The notes below the pieces were generated by a model. That model searched no databases and had not been told where the DNA came from. It was given only the letters and a program-made list of their open reading frames with translations. This document shows positions 12,526-24,239 of a stretch of DNA of 64,000 bases, piece after piece. Each line of letters begins with the position of its first letter. Position 1 is the stretch's first letter. The stretch comes from Squalus acanthias (Eukaryota): positions 4,278,001 through 4,342,000 of the forward strand of contig CM059433.1 of the NCBI GenBank assembly GCA_030390025.1. The letters are read 5' to 3'. Both the position numbers and the translations under genes were made by a program.

Positions 12526-12819
12526 AAAGGCAAACTTAATGAAAGGCAAATTTAGGACAGAGATCAAGACATTTTTCAGCATACAAAGAGTAGTACAGAT
12601 AACCGTAAAGTCTTACACATTGGTAGAAAACATACTGAATGAATGATGTTGAACTAGCTAGAGGATGCTTGAAGGGACCTGGGAGTGACAGTGGACTATA
12701 CCCTTACTATGTCCAGTCATTGCAAAGCTGCAAATCACTAAGCATGAAAACAGAATGCTGAGCTATTCTATGAGAAGTCGCACAACACCAGGTTATAGTC
12801 CAACAGTTTTATTTAAAAT

Positions 12820-12854
12820 TACGAGCTTTCGGAGCTCCGCTCCTTCTTCAGGTA
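12820..12854 (-). ncRNA. Minimal type I hammerhead ribozyme motif (Penelope family B)
   Basis: Reverse complement TAC-CTGAAGA-A-GGAGC-GGA-GCTCC-GAAA-GC-TC-GTA: intact core, 5-bp stem II, 3-bp stem I. Confidence 0.72.
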
Positions 12855-13493
12855 CAGGTACAGTGAGGGAATCTATTACACAGTATATATACACAGAGAA
12901 CAATTTGTCTGCAGAGATACAATCCGTCAGGGAGGCATCACATCAAAGACACATCAGAGTACAGCTAAGACAACGAGGTGGGTCACAGGGGGTCCAACGT
13001 GTCAAATGCTGCAGTCTGCAGTTAAGCTTTTAACTTTTTTTTTTAAACTGGAAAGACAGACAACGATGTCGAGTCACGTTCTGTAGCGTGACATGAACCC
13101 GAGATCCCTATTGAGGCCGTCCTCATGGGTGCGGAACTTGGCTATCAGTTTCTGCTCGATGATTTTGCGTTGTCGTGTAGAAACATCATCGAGCAGAAAC
13201 TGATAGCCAAGTTCCGCACCCATGAGGACGGCCTCAACAGGGATCTCGGGTTCATGTCACGCTACAGAACGTGACTCGACATCGTTGTCTGTCTTTCCAG
13301 TTTAAAAAAAAAAGTTAAAAGCTTAACTGCAGACGGCAGCATTTGACACGTTGGACCCCCTGTGACCCACCTCGTTGTCTTAGCTGTACTCTGATGTGTC
13401 TTTGATGTAATGCCTCCCTAACAGATTGTATCTCTGCAGACACATTGTTCTCTGTGTATATATACTGTGTAATAGATTCCCTCACTGTACCTG

Positions 13494-13528
13494 TACCTGA
13501 AGAAGGAGCGGAGCTCCGAAAGCTCGTA
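13494..13528 (+). ncRNA. Minimal type I hammerhead ribozyme motif (Penelope family B)
   Basis: TAC-CTGAAGA-A-GGAGC-GGA-GCTCC-GAAA-GC-TC-GTA. Palindromic AGCT replaces stem III. Confidence 0.72.
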
Positions 13529-13900
13529 ATTTTAAATAAAACTGTTGGACTATAACCTGGTGTTGTGCGACTTCTCATTTTTGTCCACCCCAGTCCAACA
13601 CCGGCATCTCCGCATCATGAGCTATTCTATGGCAAACTCAACGCAGGTTAAGTCTGAAGCCATTATGCTGAATCTTGATTTTGCTCTTGTCAGGCTGCAC
13701 CTTGAATATTACATAATTGATCCAAAGCACAAAGAAAACACCCAAGTTCTGGAAACAGGGCAGTGAGTGGTGGTGAGGCTGATTCCTACTGTCAGAGGAT
13801 CCAGTAAGATAGGAGCATCGGAACAGGAGTAGGGCATTCAGTCCCTTGAGCCTGTTTCACCATTCTATTAGAACGTGGTTGATCTGTACCTCAACCCCAT

Positions 13901-14342
13901 TTTTTTTTAAATACATTCATGGGATGTGGGCATCGCTGGCAATGCCAGCATTTATTGCCCATCCCTAACTGCCCCTTGAGAAGATGGTGGTGAGCCACCT
14001 TCTTGAACCGCTGCAGTCCGTGTGGTGAAGGTACTCCCACAGTGCTGTTAGGGAGGGAGTTCCAGGATTTTGACCCAGCGACGATGAAGGAACGGCCGAT
14101 ATATTTCTAAGTCAGGATGGTGTGTGACTTGGAGGGGAACTTGGAGGTGGAGGTGTTCCCATGCGCCTGCTGCCCTTGTCCTTCTAGGTGGAAGAGGTCG
14201 CGGGTTTGGGAGATGCTGGTGAAGAAGCCTTGGTGAGTTGCTGCAGCACATCTTGTAGATGGTGCACACTGCAGCCATGGTACGCCGGTGGTGGAGGGAG
14301 TGAATGTTTAAGGTGATGGATGGGGCGCCAATCAAGCGGGCT
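13901..14342 (-). mobile_element. LINE-X 3' fragment, inserted in a CR1 3'UTR
   Basis: ORF 14048-14359 matches 1553-1927. CR1 3'UTR sequence lies on both sides (13810-13900 and 14356-14400). Confidence 0.85.
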
Positions 14343-14920
14343 GTGGGTAAAAAGGCCATTTACCCGCCTTTGACCCATATCCCTTGATACCTTTACCTAA
14401 CAGTTATAACGAAAGGTTAGAAAAACTTAGACTCAGTTGTGAAAGGAGGCGTAGGAAATGGGACTTATTAGAGATATATAAAACACTGGCCTAGAAATTG
14501 GCCCACTTACCGCCACACGTTTTCGCCGCAATTAGCGTGGGACTCGGCGGACACCATCTTGGTGAGGCCCTTAGCGCTGCCGATAACAGTGCTGGCCCTG
14601 GACATGTAAATTAAGAGAGGGTGACGTCAGTCGGCATCCAACACTGACTTAATGTCACCTCAGTGAACTTCGACCTCAGCGCTGGGTCCGAAGCTCGCCA
14701 TGAAAACCGAGTGTTCAGCAGACTGACAGAGACGCTGTCAGCACCTCTTAAAGAGACACACACATCTTTCAGGTAAGTTTGCATTTAAGCTTTTGGTCTG
14801 GATTTTTTTTTATTTTATTGAAGTAGTGACTTGGTGCAATGCATGTTAAAAGTTTTTTAAGTGTGCAGGGTGTGCTGCTGGATGCTACCAAGGCCTCGGA
14901 TGGTAAAGGAAGTGCCTCTG

Positions 14921-15066
14921 AGAAGACAAAAAATGCAGGAAATACTCAGCAGGTCAGGCAGCATCCGTCGAGAGAGAAACAGAGTTCACGTCTCAGGTCG
15001 AGATGCTGCCTGAGCAGCTGAGTATTTCCAGCATTGCATGGTTTTATTTTAGATTTACAGCATCCG
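14921..15066. mobile_element. Penelope family A terminal fragments in inverted arrangement
   Basis: GGAAATACTCAGCAGGTCAGGCAGCATC is followed by its reverse complement GATGCTGCCTGAGCAGCTGAGTATTTCC. Confidence 0.78.
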
Positions 15067-16179
15067 CTCGCAGAGAGAGGAGGAAGACGCAGAAGGAAGG
15101 ATGCAACCCAGACAGTCCCTTTCTGGCCAGGATATCCGGGATGGAATCATCCACCTGCGGTACCAGTGACCACAACCCCAATTCCTCTTTCAACATTAGT
15201 CCCACACCTTCCCTTCCCTCTGTTACTGACCATCACAACGTCTTCTTGGCCACAATGCTGAAATAAAAGCCACCATAAAGCAAACTTTCCAATCCAACTT
15301 TATACATCTACCCATCCAATATGACATCTAGAAATCAACTCATTGCCCTCATTCACTCCCTTAGTGAGTGTCTTGTGTGTGCCTTTGTCTATCCTACTGA
15401 TGTCACGCAGAGCTACCCCAATGGCTGCAGCATGGCTGGTGGAAGGCTGCTGACTTTCAGTGGGGGACACAGCAGATGGCCTTGCTGGTCGACCTTGAGG
15501 AGCTGCTGGCTGGGAGTGTGAAATCGAGTGACAGCATTTCTTCTTCTTCTTCTTCTGCTTCTTCTTTCTCCTCTCCCTCTGCTTGGTCAACCATTGGCTG
15601 TGCAGGCTCAATTTCTTGGGTGTGTGAAATGAGGAAGGCACAAGGGTGGAGCTGTGGTGAGGGGAGGGCGGGAAAGCCAAAAGGAGGATAGCGTATGAGG
15701 ATACCAATGTTGTGGCTGCTGCGAAGCACGAATTGAGGCCGAGTCAATATGTGGAACACATGGCTTTTTATTACATCTCCTCTGGTAAAATGGCTGCTAC
15801 CACATTTCTCTGCAAAACCCTGAGGCCAAGCCCACTCCTTTTTTCATGCCTTAAAGGCAGCATGCGCCTTAAAGGCAAGGTGCCCGATTTATTGTCCACG
15901 GACGGAAAAGTGGATTGCGCCCGTTTAGGTGGCGATCCGCCACACCAGCATCTTATATCCTTTCAGCCCTGTCGCTGGGCAAGGGCTCAGCAATGCCCCT
16001 CCCAAGAATGGCCTGCACCGTCTCCTCCAAGTGGGTGAGGTGAATCTAGGAATGGGAGATGTGCCTCGTGATTGGTGCAGATTGTTGGTAGGTGAGTGAT
16101 TGGGAGTTGTGCATTGAGCAGTGTGTGAGACTAGTGATGCAGTTGGTAGGAGACGGCTTTTGAAGATGCACTCACTGAC

Positions 16180-16410
16180 CTTGACCAGTGGTCTGAGGTC
16201 ATGAAGCTTCTTTGGGCACTGGAGCCAGGTGGTGGGGGCGACACTGCTGGCATTGATGGCCTCGGTGATGTGGTCCCACATCGTTCTTTCTGGAGGGCCT
16301 CCTGGCCCCTGTGGGTAGAGGACCTCTCTTGCAATGTTGACCCCCTGCACAAAGCTGGAGTGCTGCGTTCGAGACCCTCGGTGCCCCTTCCCTGGCTTGC
16401 TGAGCCATTT
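16180..16410 (-). pseudogene. Harbinger Myb/SANT-like DNA-binding protein relic (frameshifted)
   Basis: REGAPRVSNAALQ / GVNIAREVLYP...WDHITEAINASSVAPTTWLQCPKKLHDL, resembling the Myb_DNA-bind_5/NAIF1-type pattern, followed by a GT donor-like site. Confidence 0.8.
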
Positions 16411-17094
16411 GAGTTAGTGATGACGCACTTTTTTCCATTTTTTAAGGTTCAGCAGGCAATTCAACTTTAAGAGCTGAAGACTCCTATTTGGGAATTCTTT
16501 TTAATGTTAATTTTTTTCAGAAGGCAGTTGAGCTGTGAGGGCTAAAAAATGCATATTTTTAAATCATTTTTATTTTATCCATTTCAGAAGGCATTGCCCT
16601 TTTAAGAAAACAACAATGCATTGCCCTTTTAAGAATTCCACAAGGCTTTGTGAAATCATAGCCTCGTTTTCAGAGGCTGTTGAATTAGCAACGGTGCTTG
16701 GGCCACGCCATATTGGAGCCTGCTGCCAGGACCAACACCACCAGGACGGCTTTACACTGAGTTTAGCGCTGGGCGAATGATGATTTGTCCCCAGCGCCAA
16801 TTTTTCGATCCTACCAGCGCCATCATTTTCGGCGCCCGTAACCCCGGCCACGGTGGCACCGACAGCTTTTGTGGCGGCCACGAATTTCCAGGCCACTAAG
16901 TAGAATGGAAAGGGTTAATCAAGAGCAATATGTCAAGTTAAGCCACAACTGTAGGATAAGAGGACACAGGTACAAATTGGTAAAAGACAAATTCAGGACT
17001 GGTATCAGGAAGCTCTTCTACACAAAGAGTGATTCATATGTGAATTGGTTCTGGGTAGGGAAGTGGAGCAAAACCTCTGGAGTCATTCAAAAAG

Positions 17095-17295
17095 AAAAAG
17101 AAAGACTTGCATTTATACAGCGTCTTTCACGACCACCCGACGTCCCAAAGCGCTTTACAGCCAATGAACTATTTTTTTTGAAGTGTAGTCACTGTTGTAA
17201 TGGCGGAAATGCAGGAGCCAATTTGCGCACAGCAAGGTCCCACAAACAGCGAGATAATGACCAGATAATCTATTTTAGTGATGTTGATTCAAGAG
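17095..17295 (-). mobile_element. Deu-domain SINE 3' tail
   Basis: Reverse complement of 20850-21037. Confidence 0.8.
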
Positions 17296-17964
17296 ACAAT
17301 AGAGAGCTGTTATTGGGGATAATTTTTGGATTCTATGAAAGGACGCGTCAGAAGAGTAGAATTGCATCTCTCATTTTTACTTACCTTGTGAATATCTTGA
17401 TAGATTACTGCAGGCTAAAATCTGAACTCATTTTAAGAAACAAGTAGATGTTGTGATGGAGGGACTGGTAAATTCATTCTGGATGGATAAGCTTAGCTGG
17501 GCCAAGTGGCTTTCTTCTTCTGTATCTATCCTGGGATCTCGGGATTAAAAGCACGTGACCCACACAGATAAAATCGGTTACGGTCGACCAAGTTGGCCAA
17601 TGAGACAACAGCGAAAAGTGGCACCAGAGAGGGCGGTTTGTGGGACAAGATCATGCTGCCCTGGGAGGCCTGCCTAGTTCAGCTCACCAACCATGAGATA
17701 CTTACTTGGAATAAATCCCCCTCCCAGGGATCCTGCAGTCCCACAAATGTACAAGCCATGTGCTGAGCATCGTACTTCTATGACGAGTATCACAGTATCC
17801 AGGCAGTAAAGAAAGAGAATCTCACAGCATGTACTTCCATGACTGCACAGTAATGTTAACGTGTTCTCCATTGTCCCGTGTGCTGTCCTCACAGGTAAAA
17901 ATTCAACAAGTCTGATCAAGGTACTAATTAGCTTCTGAAAGAGGGAATTGACATTTTTTAGATC

Positions 17965-18900
17965 ATGAATGGGCAGCTGATGGCTGTTGCTTGCAATTCC
18001 TGTGCCATGTGGGAACTTCAGGACACTTCATGTGTCTTGGGGGACCATGTGTGTGGGAAGTGTTTCCAGCTGCCTGAGCTCGAGCTCAGGGTTTCCGAGC
18101 TTGAGGAGCAGCTGGAGTCACTGTGGAGCATCAGGGAGACTGAGAGTTTCCTGGGCCGTATGTTCCAGGAGGTGGCCACCCCACAGACACAGAGAGTTCA
18201 GGATAGTCAATGGGTGGCCATCCGGAAGAGTAGGAAGAGGCAGGAAGTGCAGGAGTCTTCGGGGTGTGTGTCACTCTCAAACCGGTACGCAGCATTGGAG
18301 ACTGCTGGGAGTGACGACACCTTGAAGGAGTGCAGTCCAGACCATGGCACCAATGGGCAAGGGACTGCACAGGGCAGGGGAACAGCAAAGCGTAGAAATG
18401 CCTTCGTTACAGGAGATTCCATAGTTAGGGGGACAGACAGGCGTTTCTGTAACCGTCACCATGAGTCCCACATGGTGTGTTGCCTCCCTGGTGCCAGGGT
18501 AAAGGACATCACGGAGAGGGTGCAGAATATTCTGCAGGGGGAAGGGAGTGAGCCAGAAGTTGTAGAACACGTCGGTACCAACGACAGAGAGAGGGCAGGT
18601 ATTGAGGTCCTACAGTCAGACTTTCAGGAGCTAGGGAGGAAGTTAACAATTAGGACCGCAAAGGTAGTAATCTCTGGATTACTCCCAGTGTCACGTGCCA
18701 GCGAAAGTAGATTTAGGAAGATAGGGGGGATCAATGCGTGTCTTGAGGCATGGTGCAGGAGGGAGGGCTTCAGATCCTTGGGGCATTGGACCAGTTCTGG
18801 GGCAGGAGGCACCTATTCAAAAGGGACGGGTTGCACCTCAACAGGACTGGGACCAATGTCCTCGCGGAGAGGTTCACCAGTGTGGTTGGGGAGGATTTAA
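17965..18900 (+). pseudogene. CR1 LINE ORF1 (Cys-rich zinc finger/leucine zipper plus SGNH esterase domain)
   Basis: CxxC...CxxC, heptad LELRVSELEEQL, esterase blocks GDSIVR, CLPGARVKD, HVGTND, ISGLLP. Frameshifted near the C-terminus. Confidence 0.9.
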
Positions 18901-19065
18901 ACTAAATTGGCAGGGGGTTGGGTACCAGCATATAGAAGTAGGAAAGAGGAATAAGGTGAATAAAGGAGGGAGAGTGTTGGACAGTACTAGAGAAGGAAGT
19001 AGTACCGTATTAGACAGGAGCAGACTAAGAAGGACTACGAGGAATACAAAGACAGATTGGAATGA

Positions 19066-19286
19066 ATCTGACATGAATCTGGTCATTCATGTATGAAGTA
19101 ATACTGGGCGGCCTGCTGGTGGCGCTGTCCAGGGAGAGTATAAATACTCGGGCATGGGCCCAGCTTGCTTACGACATTCCTCAACAGGAACTAGTGAAGG
19201 ACACAACTAGATCTCCATGTTGAAAAACAGTTGATTAAAGCTTTGTTTAATGCTTAGACCAAGTGCCTAGTAGTTTTCTTATGTCA
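19066..19286 (+). mobile_element. 221-bp LTR-like module, copy 1 (unknown family)
   Basis: Near-identical to 30411-30631. Contains TATAAATA, ATTAAA and inverted ends TGACAT...ATGTCA. Interrupts CR1 just before the ORF2 motif CMYVNA. Confidence 0.7.
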
Positions 19287-19288
19287 GC

Positions 19289-20233
19289 ATGTATGTAAAC
19301 GCACAAAGTGTGGTGAATAAGGTTGGTGAGTTACAAGCACAATTAGCCATGTGTGAATATGATGTTGTGGCAATAACAGAAACATGGCTTAAAAATGGTG
19401 AGGGTTGGGTGCTTAATATTCACAAATACAAGGTGTTCAGAAAAGATAGGGAAGGAAAAAAGGGAGGTGGGGTGGCAGTGCTGATTAGGGAAGACATTGT
19501 AGTGTTGGAAAGGGAGGAGGTCCTTGAGGGGGCAAGGACACAATCCATTTGGTTAGAGTTGAGAAGCAAAAAGGGTATGATCACGCTATTGGGGATATTC
19601 TATAGGCCTCCAAATAGTGAGAGAGAGATAGAGGAGCAAATCTGTAGGGAAATCACAGAGATGTGCAAGAACTATAGAGTGGTGATATTGGGGGACTTTA
19701 ATTACCCAACTATCGATTGGGATAATGTTAGAGTAAAGAGAAAAGAGGGGGAGGAATTTCTGAAATGTGTTCAGGAGAACTTCCTTGACAAGTATGTTCT
19801 CGGCCCAACTAGGAAGGAGGCATTGCTGGATCTGGTGCTGGGGAATGAGGTGGGCCAAGTGTCTGTGGGAGAACACTTGGGTAAGAGTGATCATCGTATC
19901 ATAAGGTTTAGATTAGTAATGGAGAAGAGCAAGGAACAATCTAAAGTAGAACTTCTAAATTGGAAGAGGGCTAACTTCAATGGGATGAGAGGGGATTTAG
20001 CCAGGGTAAAATGGAACCAAAGATTGACAGAAAAAACTGTAACGGAACAATGGGTGATCTTTAAGGAGGAGATGTTTCAGGTACAGGCTAGGTACATTCC
20101 AACAAGAGGGAAAGGTAGGGGAACCAAAGCAAGGGCTCTTTGGATGACGAGGGAGATAGAGAATATGATGAAAGAAAAAAAGAGGGTGTATGATGCATGT
20201 CAGGTGAATTCTTCAAGTGAGAACCAGGCCAAA
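19289..20233 (+). pseudogene. CR1 LINE ORF2, APE endonuclease domain, 3'-truncated
   Basis: YVNAQS, AITETWL, GGGVA, YRPP, GDFN, LDLVL, SDH motifs. Homology stops at about 20233, where a MITE end begins. Confidence 0.92.
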
Positions 20234-20510
20234 TACTTAAAAATTCACTTACACTTTTCTGGCGTGTTTAGTGGGTATCTAGTGGGTAAGTACAGCAACT
20301 TCACACCCTTCATGTGTTTGAAAGCTGAGTCTCTCGGCGAGATACAATCAGAGCGAAGCTGGTGGAGGAGCAGAGCAACTCGTACAGAAACTTCCTGATC
20401 TCCGTGTTTAACCGCACATCTGTGGACACCGGAAGTCGCTGACCCATTTAATCCTTAATAGCGGTGAGCACTGATAGCCTCACTGTTATTCTTAGCACAA
20501 ATTCAGGGCC
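20234..20510. mobile_element. One-ended Harbinger-type MITE fragment
   Basis: Ends in AAATTCAGGGCC, similar to the other Harbinger TIRs in this window. No left TIR seen. Confidence 0.5.
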
Positions 20511-20565
20511 TATATAATGTCAGATATTTCAAGCAGCCCGAGCAATGTGGGTAATACCATAATGA

Positions 20566-21037
20566 GTGTCAGCTGTGGCTCAGTGGGTAGCACACTCGCC
20601 TCTGAGTCAGAAGGTTGTGGGTTCAAGTCCCACTCCAGGGACTTGAGCACAAAAAGCTAGGCTGACACTCCAGTGCAGTGCTGAGGGAGTGCTGCACTGT
20701 CGGAGGTGCCGTCTTTCGGATGAGACATTAAACCGAGGTCCCGTCTGCCCTCTCAGGTGGATGTAAAAGATCCCCAAGGCACTATTTCGAAGAAGAGCAG
20801 GGGAGTTATCCCCGGTGACCTGGGGCCAATATTTATCCCTCAGCCAACATCACTAAAACAGATTATCTGGGCATTATCACATTGCTGTTTGTGGGAGCTT
20901 GCTGTGCGTAAATTGGCTGCTGCGTTTCCCACATTACAACAGTGACTCCACTTCAAAAGTACTTCATTGGCTGTAAAGCACTTTGAGACGTCTGGTGGTC
21001 GTGAAAGGCGCTATAGAAATGCAAGTCTTCTTCTTCT
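20566..21037 (+). mobile_element. Full-length tRNA-derived Deu-domain SINE (SacSINE1-like)
   Basis: A-box TGGCTCAGTGG, B-box GGTTCAAGTCC, Deu domain GGAGGTGCCGTCTTTCGGATGAGAC...AAAGATCCC, and an L2-like tail ending GGCGCTATAGAAATGCAAGTC(TTC)n. Confidence 0.9.
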
Positions 21038-21699
21038 AAGCAATTTTATTAATGTTTTAAAAAGTGTCAGATTTACCAGTTGGACCTCTTTGCGGACGTG
21101 AGCATAATTCCAGAAAGGCCGTACAAATGACATGCTGCCAGCTGCAAATTGATTCGGTATCTATCGGTCTGAGACCAGTAGTACAGTAAAACTGCAGGCT
21201 TAATGAGACAGACAGGGATCCACATAGTAATGCACATTAGCGTTAAATAAATGTTGCCACTAATTAAAACATTAGGCTGCCCTATGCCTGTTCGGCAAAC
21301 CTCAAGGGATATCAGCAGATGCTTATGTTGATGAGTTACTGGTGAGATACAAGACAACAGTGGGTAAGGAGATGAGACAGATCTCATTGCAGCAAGCATC
21401 AGCTAAATGTCCCAGTGCAGCAGCTCAGGGGTAGAAGACATCAATCAAATGCTGTCACTGTGCTCATGCTGCCAGCTTCAGTGGACAGATGTTGTAGCCC
21501 CTCCTTGCCCTCCTTTTTCACTGGTGCTGGCTGATCACGGGCGAAATGCATGCTGATGCCTCTGTCAATAGTAATATCGCACAGCATGCGTCACAGCGTC
21601 ACTGTTTGTCCACCTGCTTGGAGATACACATGACGTAGCCAACAGAACGGTCAAGGCACATGAAGCACTGTGGAGGCGGGCCACTGGGGAGAGACGATG

Positions 21700-22060
21700 G
21701 AGGAGGATAGGGTTAACATATGCGCAAACAGAACACCAAGGTTGTGCACCAACAGGCTGAGCCCAAGTGGACTGCCAGGGAGAGTGATTGAGTCAGAAAC
21801 AGGGGCAGGTAGGTGCTGGTGACAGCTGAAGAAGATGGCTTCAGTCTTGTCAAACTTAAGTTCATCTCGGACTTGGTGAGAAGCAGGCAGTTGTCTAGCA
21901 CAGCAACATCTCTGGAGCCATGGGTAGCAGCGGAGAGGTCCAGTTAGGTATCATAAGCGTGCGTGTAGAAGCTGATCTTATGCTTGCAGATGATGTCATC
22001 AAGTGGTAGCATGAAAATGAGGACTAGAGGGGGAGCTAGGATGGAGCCCTGAGACACATT
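21700..22060 (-). mobile_element. L2 LINE RT relic
   Basis: VSQGSILAPPLVLIFMLPLDDIICKHKISFYTHAYDT, a degenerate GVPQGS...YADD region. Confidence 0.75.
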
Positions 22061-22987
22061 GGCTGGAATTTTAATCTGGAGGCGGGTCGGGAGCGGGGGC
22101 GGGGGGGGGGGTGCTAGAAAGCGGTCGGGAAACCCAGGAGAACGGGCTTCCCGCAGGCCCTGCCGAAGGTAACGGCAGGGCCTGATTAGCATTTCCAAGC
22201 TCTGTTCCCCACCCGCAGCCAGGCAGATGGAGAGGCTGGCTAGCCGTGGGTGGGTAGGCCTGTGGCACTCGGCCGCAGAGAAGAGTGAGAAAGGGATCGG
22301 GTGGGGGGGTGGTCGGGGTTCAGAGGATCAGGGCTGGAGGAGCATCTGGGGGGGGGGCAGGGGGAGCAGGTAGGAGAATGTCCGGAGAATCAGGGCTGGA
22401 GGAGCATCCGGGGGGGGCAGGGGGAGGATCGGAGCCGGAGGAGCATCAGGGCTGGAGAGGGGCGTCCTGGAAGGTATTCAGGGGCCAGAGGGCGGATCGG
22501 AGGCCTCGTGGGGGGTGTGGGGGGAGATCGGAAGGGCCGGGGGGGTGTTTCCAATCGCAGTGGGTGGGTGAGGCAGGGACGCTGGATCCAGCAGGTGAGT
22601 GTAAAGGCTCTTACCTCCTGGATCCAGCAGGTGAGTGTAAAGGCTCTTACCTCCTGGGTCCAGCAGGTGAGTGTAAAGGCTCTTACCTCCTGGGTCCAGC
22701 AGTCCTCACCTTACTTTAGCTGGCGGGTTACAGGAGGACTGAGAAAGCCGACCAGCCAGAGTTAAATTTGTAATGGTGGTTAAATCTGAGGCAAGCCAGC
22801 CTCATTATAATATTAATATGGGTGACCCGCCTCCTGGCAGCGGATTGGCTGCCCACCCCTCGTCCTGCCTCCATTAAAACCGTAAGTGGGCGGATGGAGG
22901 CAGGTTGGGGTCGGGATTCAGTTTTGTAACACTTTAACCTCACACCCCACCCCAACCCACCCGTTTTTTGGGGTTAAAATTCCCCCC
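22061..22987. mobile_element. Harbinger-type MITE inserted in L2
   Basis: TIRs GGCTGGAATTTTAA/TTAAAATTCCCCCC and TSD ATT/ATT. Confidence 0.82.
22582..22702. repeat. 36-bp tandem repeat, 3.4 copies
   Basis: Unit CTGGRTCCAGCAGGTGAGTGTAAAGGCTCTTACCTC, head-to-tail. Confidence 0.95.
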
Positions 22988-24239
22988 ATTGGAAGCGATG
23001 GTTCAGGCACAGGAAGAGAAGCTGTTGGAGGAGATGCACAACAACTGTGTTGTAACCAGTAGGAGTGGAACCACCAGAGTTCAATGCCAAGGAACTCAAC
23101 CCCGAGGAAGAGGCATGGAAGAAGAATCGAATTACCAACAGCAGCAAAGGTGCCAGAGAGATGAAGGGAGATGAGGAAAGCTGAGGTGGTCGTTGGTGAC
23201 TTTCTTGTTGTGTGCGGCTCAGAAACTGAGGTGGAAGGACTTGAACAGGAATCAGTGAGAGAAGTGTGAACTCTTGACCGGTTTTGTTTATGGGCCCTTG
23301 GTAAAATTCACCAAAAACCTGAGCGGGTGAGGACAGCAACTCCACAAAACCAGGATAAATGACTTTATTTTTATATCGATGGTGTCTGCTCCAGTTTGGT
23401 TTAGTGCCTCCCCGTGGTTAGTGAAAATCAGGGTTTCACGAACACCTATGAGACATGAGGCTCAGATCAACTTAACCTCAGTCTTACCTCATCTACCCTT
23501 TTGTATTTAGCAACACGGATATTGCTGTCTAGACAGTGTCACCGTACCCTCAGGCCTGCATTAAAACAATGGTGCTCTGCTTTTACATTTTACTTCATCC
23601 AATTAGGTGCACGGTGGAAACACATGGATTGCCTTTTTAATGCTTCGCTGCCAGATTAACAATAACATACTAAGCACAAAAGTATCTACATTTTAAATAT
23701 ACAACTGTATTTTTTAATTGGAAAAATATTGCGTAAGTTTGACCAAATGCAACGGGATATTTATAGTAAGTAGTTAGAAAGGGGTAGTTTTCTGTCCATG
23801 AATATTTTAGTGTTAAGTATTTTTCTAAATTAGGAAATTACTGATAAACTAGGGATACAACATAATGATCTTACTGACCGTGTGCCAGGCCCCAAAAGTT
23901 CAATAAATCACCGAGGAAGCAGAAGTAGTTTGGCAGCATTTTATAAAATATTCCATGACCGTTTTGGAATGGACACTGAGCGCGATTGCAGTAGAGTTGA
24001 TTGTGCGTCATTAGAATAGTGGAGCCAGGCAGTGGAAAGCAATTACTTGCATCAGGCTGTCTGTGGCTTTCAGACAAACCAAGTCAAGCTACCCATTTTG
24101 AAATAAATACTTATATATGTGTGGAACAAGATCGCAGCCTTCCATTATATTTTTAATACTACGGTGCTGCTCACAGATTTGCATGGGCTAGTTTCTGAAT
24201 GGAACCGATTAGCAACAAAAGTACAGTATATATGTTTTA

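Larger units (their letters stand above)
12773..13617. mobile_element. Penelope-like element family B, inverted pair of 3' fragments (palindrome)
   Basis: Arms 12770-13163 and 13185-13578. They encode the GIY-YIG C-terminus IIEQKLIAKFRTHEDGLNRDLGFMSRY. 14-bp TSD TGAGCTATTCTATG at 12759-12772 and 13618-13631. Inserted in an old CR1 relic. Confidence 0.88.
14488..16894. mobile_element. Non-autonomous PIF/Harbinger DNA transposon (2.4 kb)
   Basis: TIRs GGCCTAGAAATT/AATTTCCAGGCC and TSD ACT/ACT. Removing the element restores the CR1 frame ...EIYKTLSRMERV. Contains a Myb/SANT relic. Confidence 0.88.

Noticed and set aside
12755..13578. Two near-identical ~90-aa ORFs on opposite strands as duplicated genes
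   Set aside because: They are antisense readings of the Penelope palindrome arms.
17965..18900. Host esterase or zinc-finger gene
   Set aside because: Typical CR1 ORF1 directly upstream of CR1 ORF2, and frameshifted.
20566..20640. tRNA genes at the A/B-box motifs (also ~47600 and ~61330)
   Set aside because: They continue into the Deu domain and LINE-like tail, so they are SINE heads.
22582..22702. CRISPR-like 36-bp repeats
   Set aside because: Head-to-tail with no spacers, no cas genes, and a eukaryotic context.
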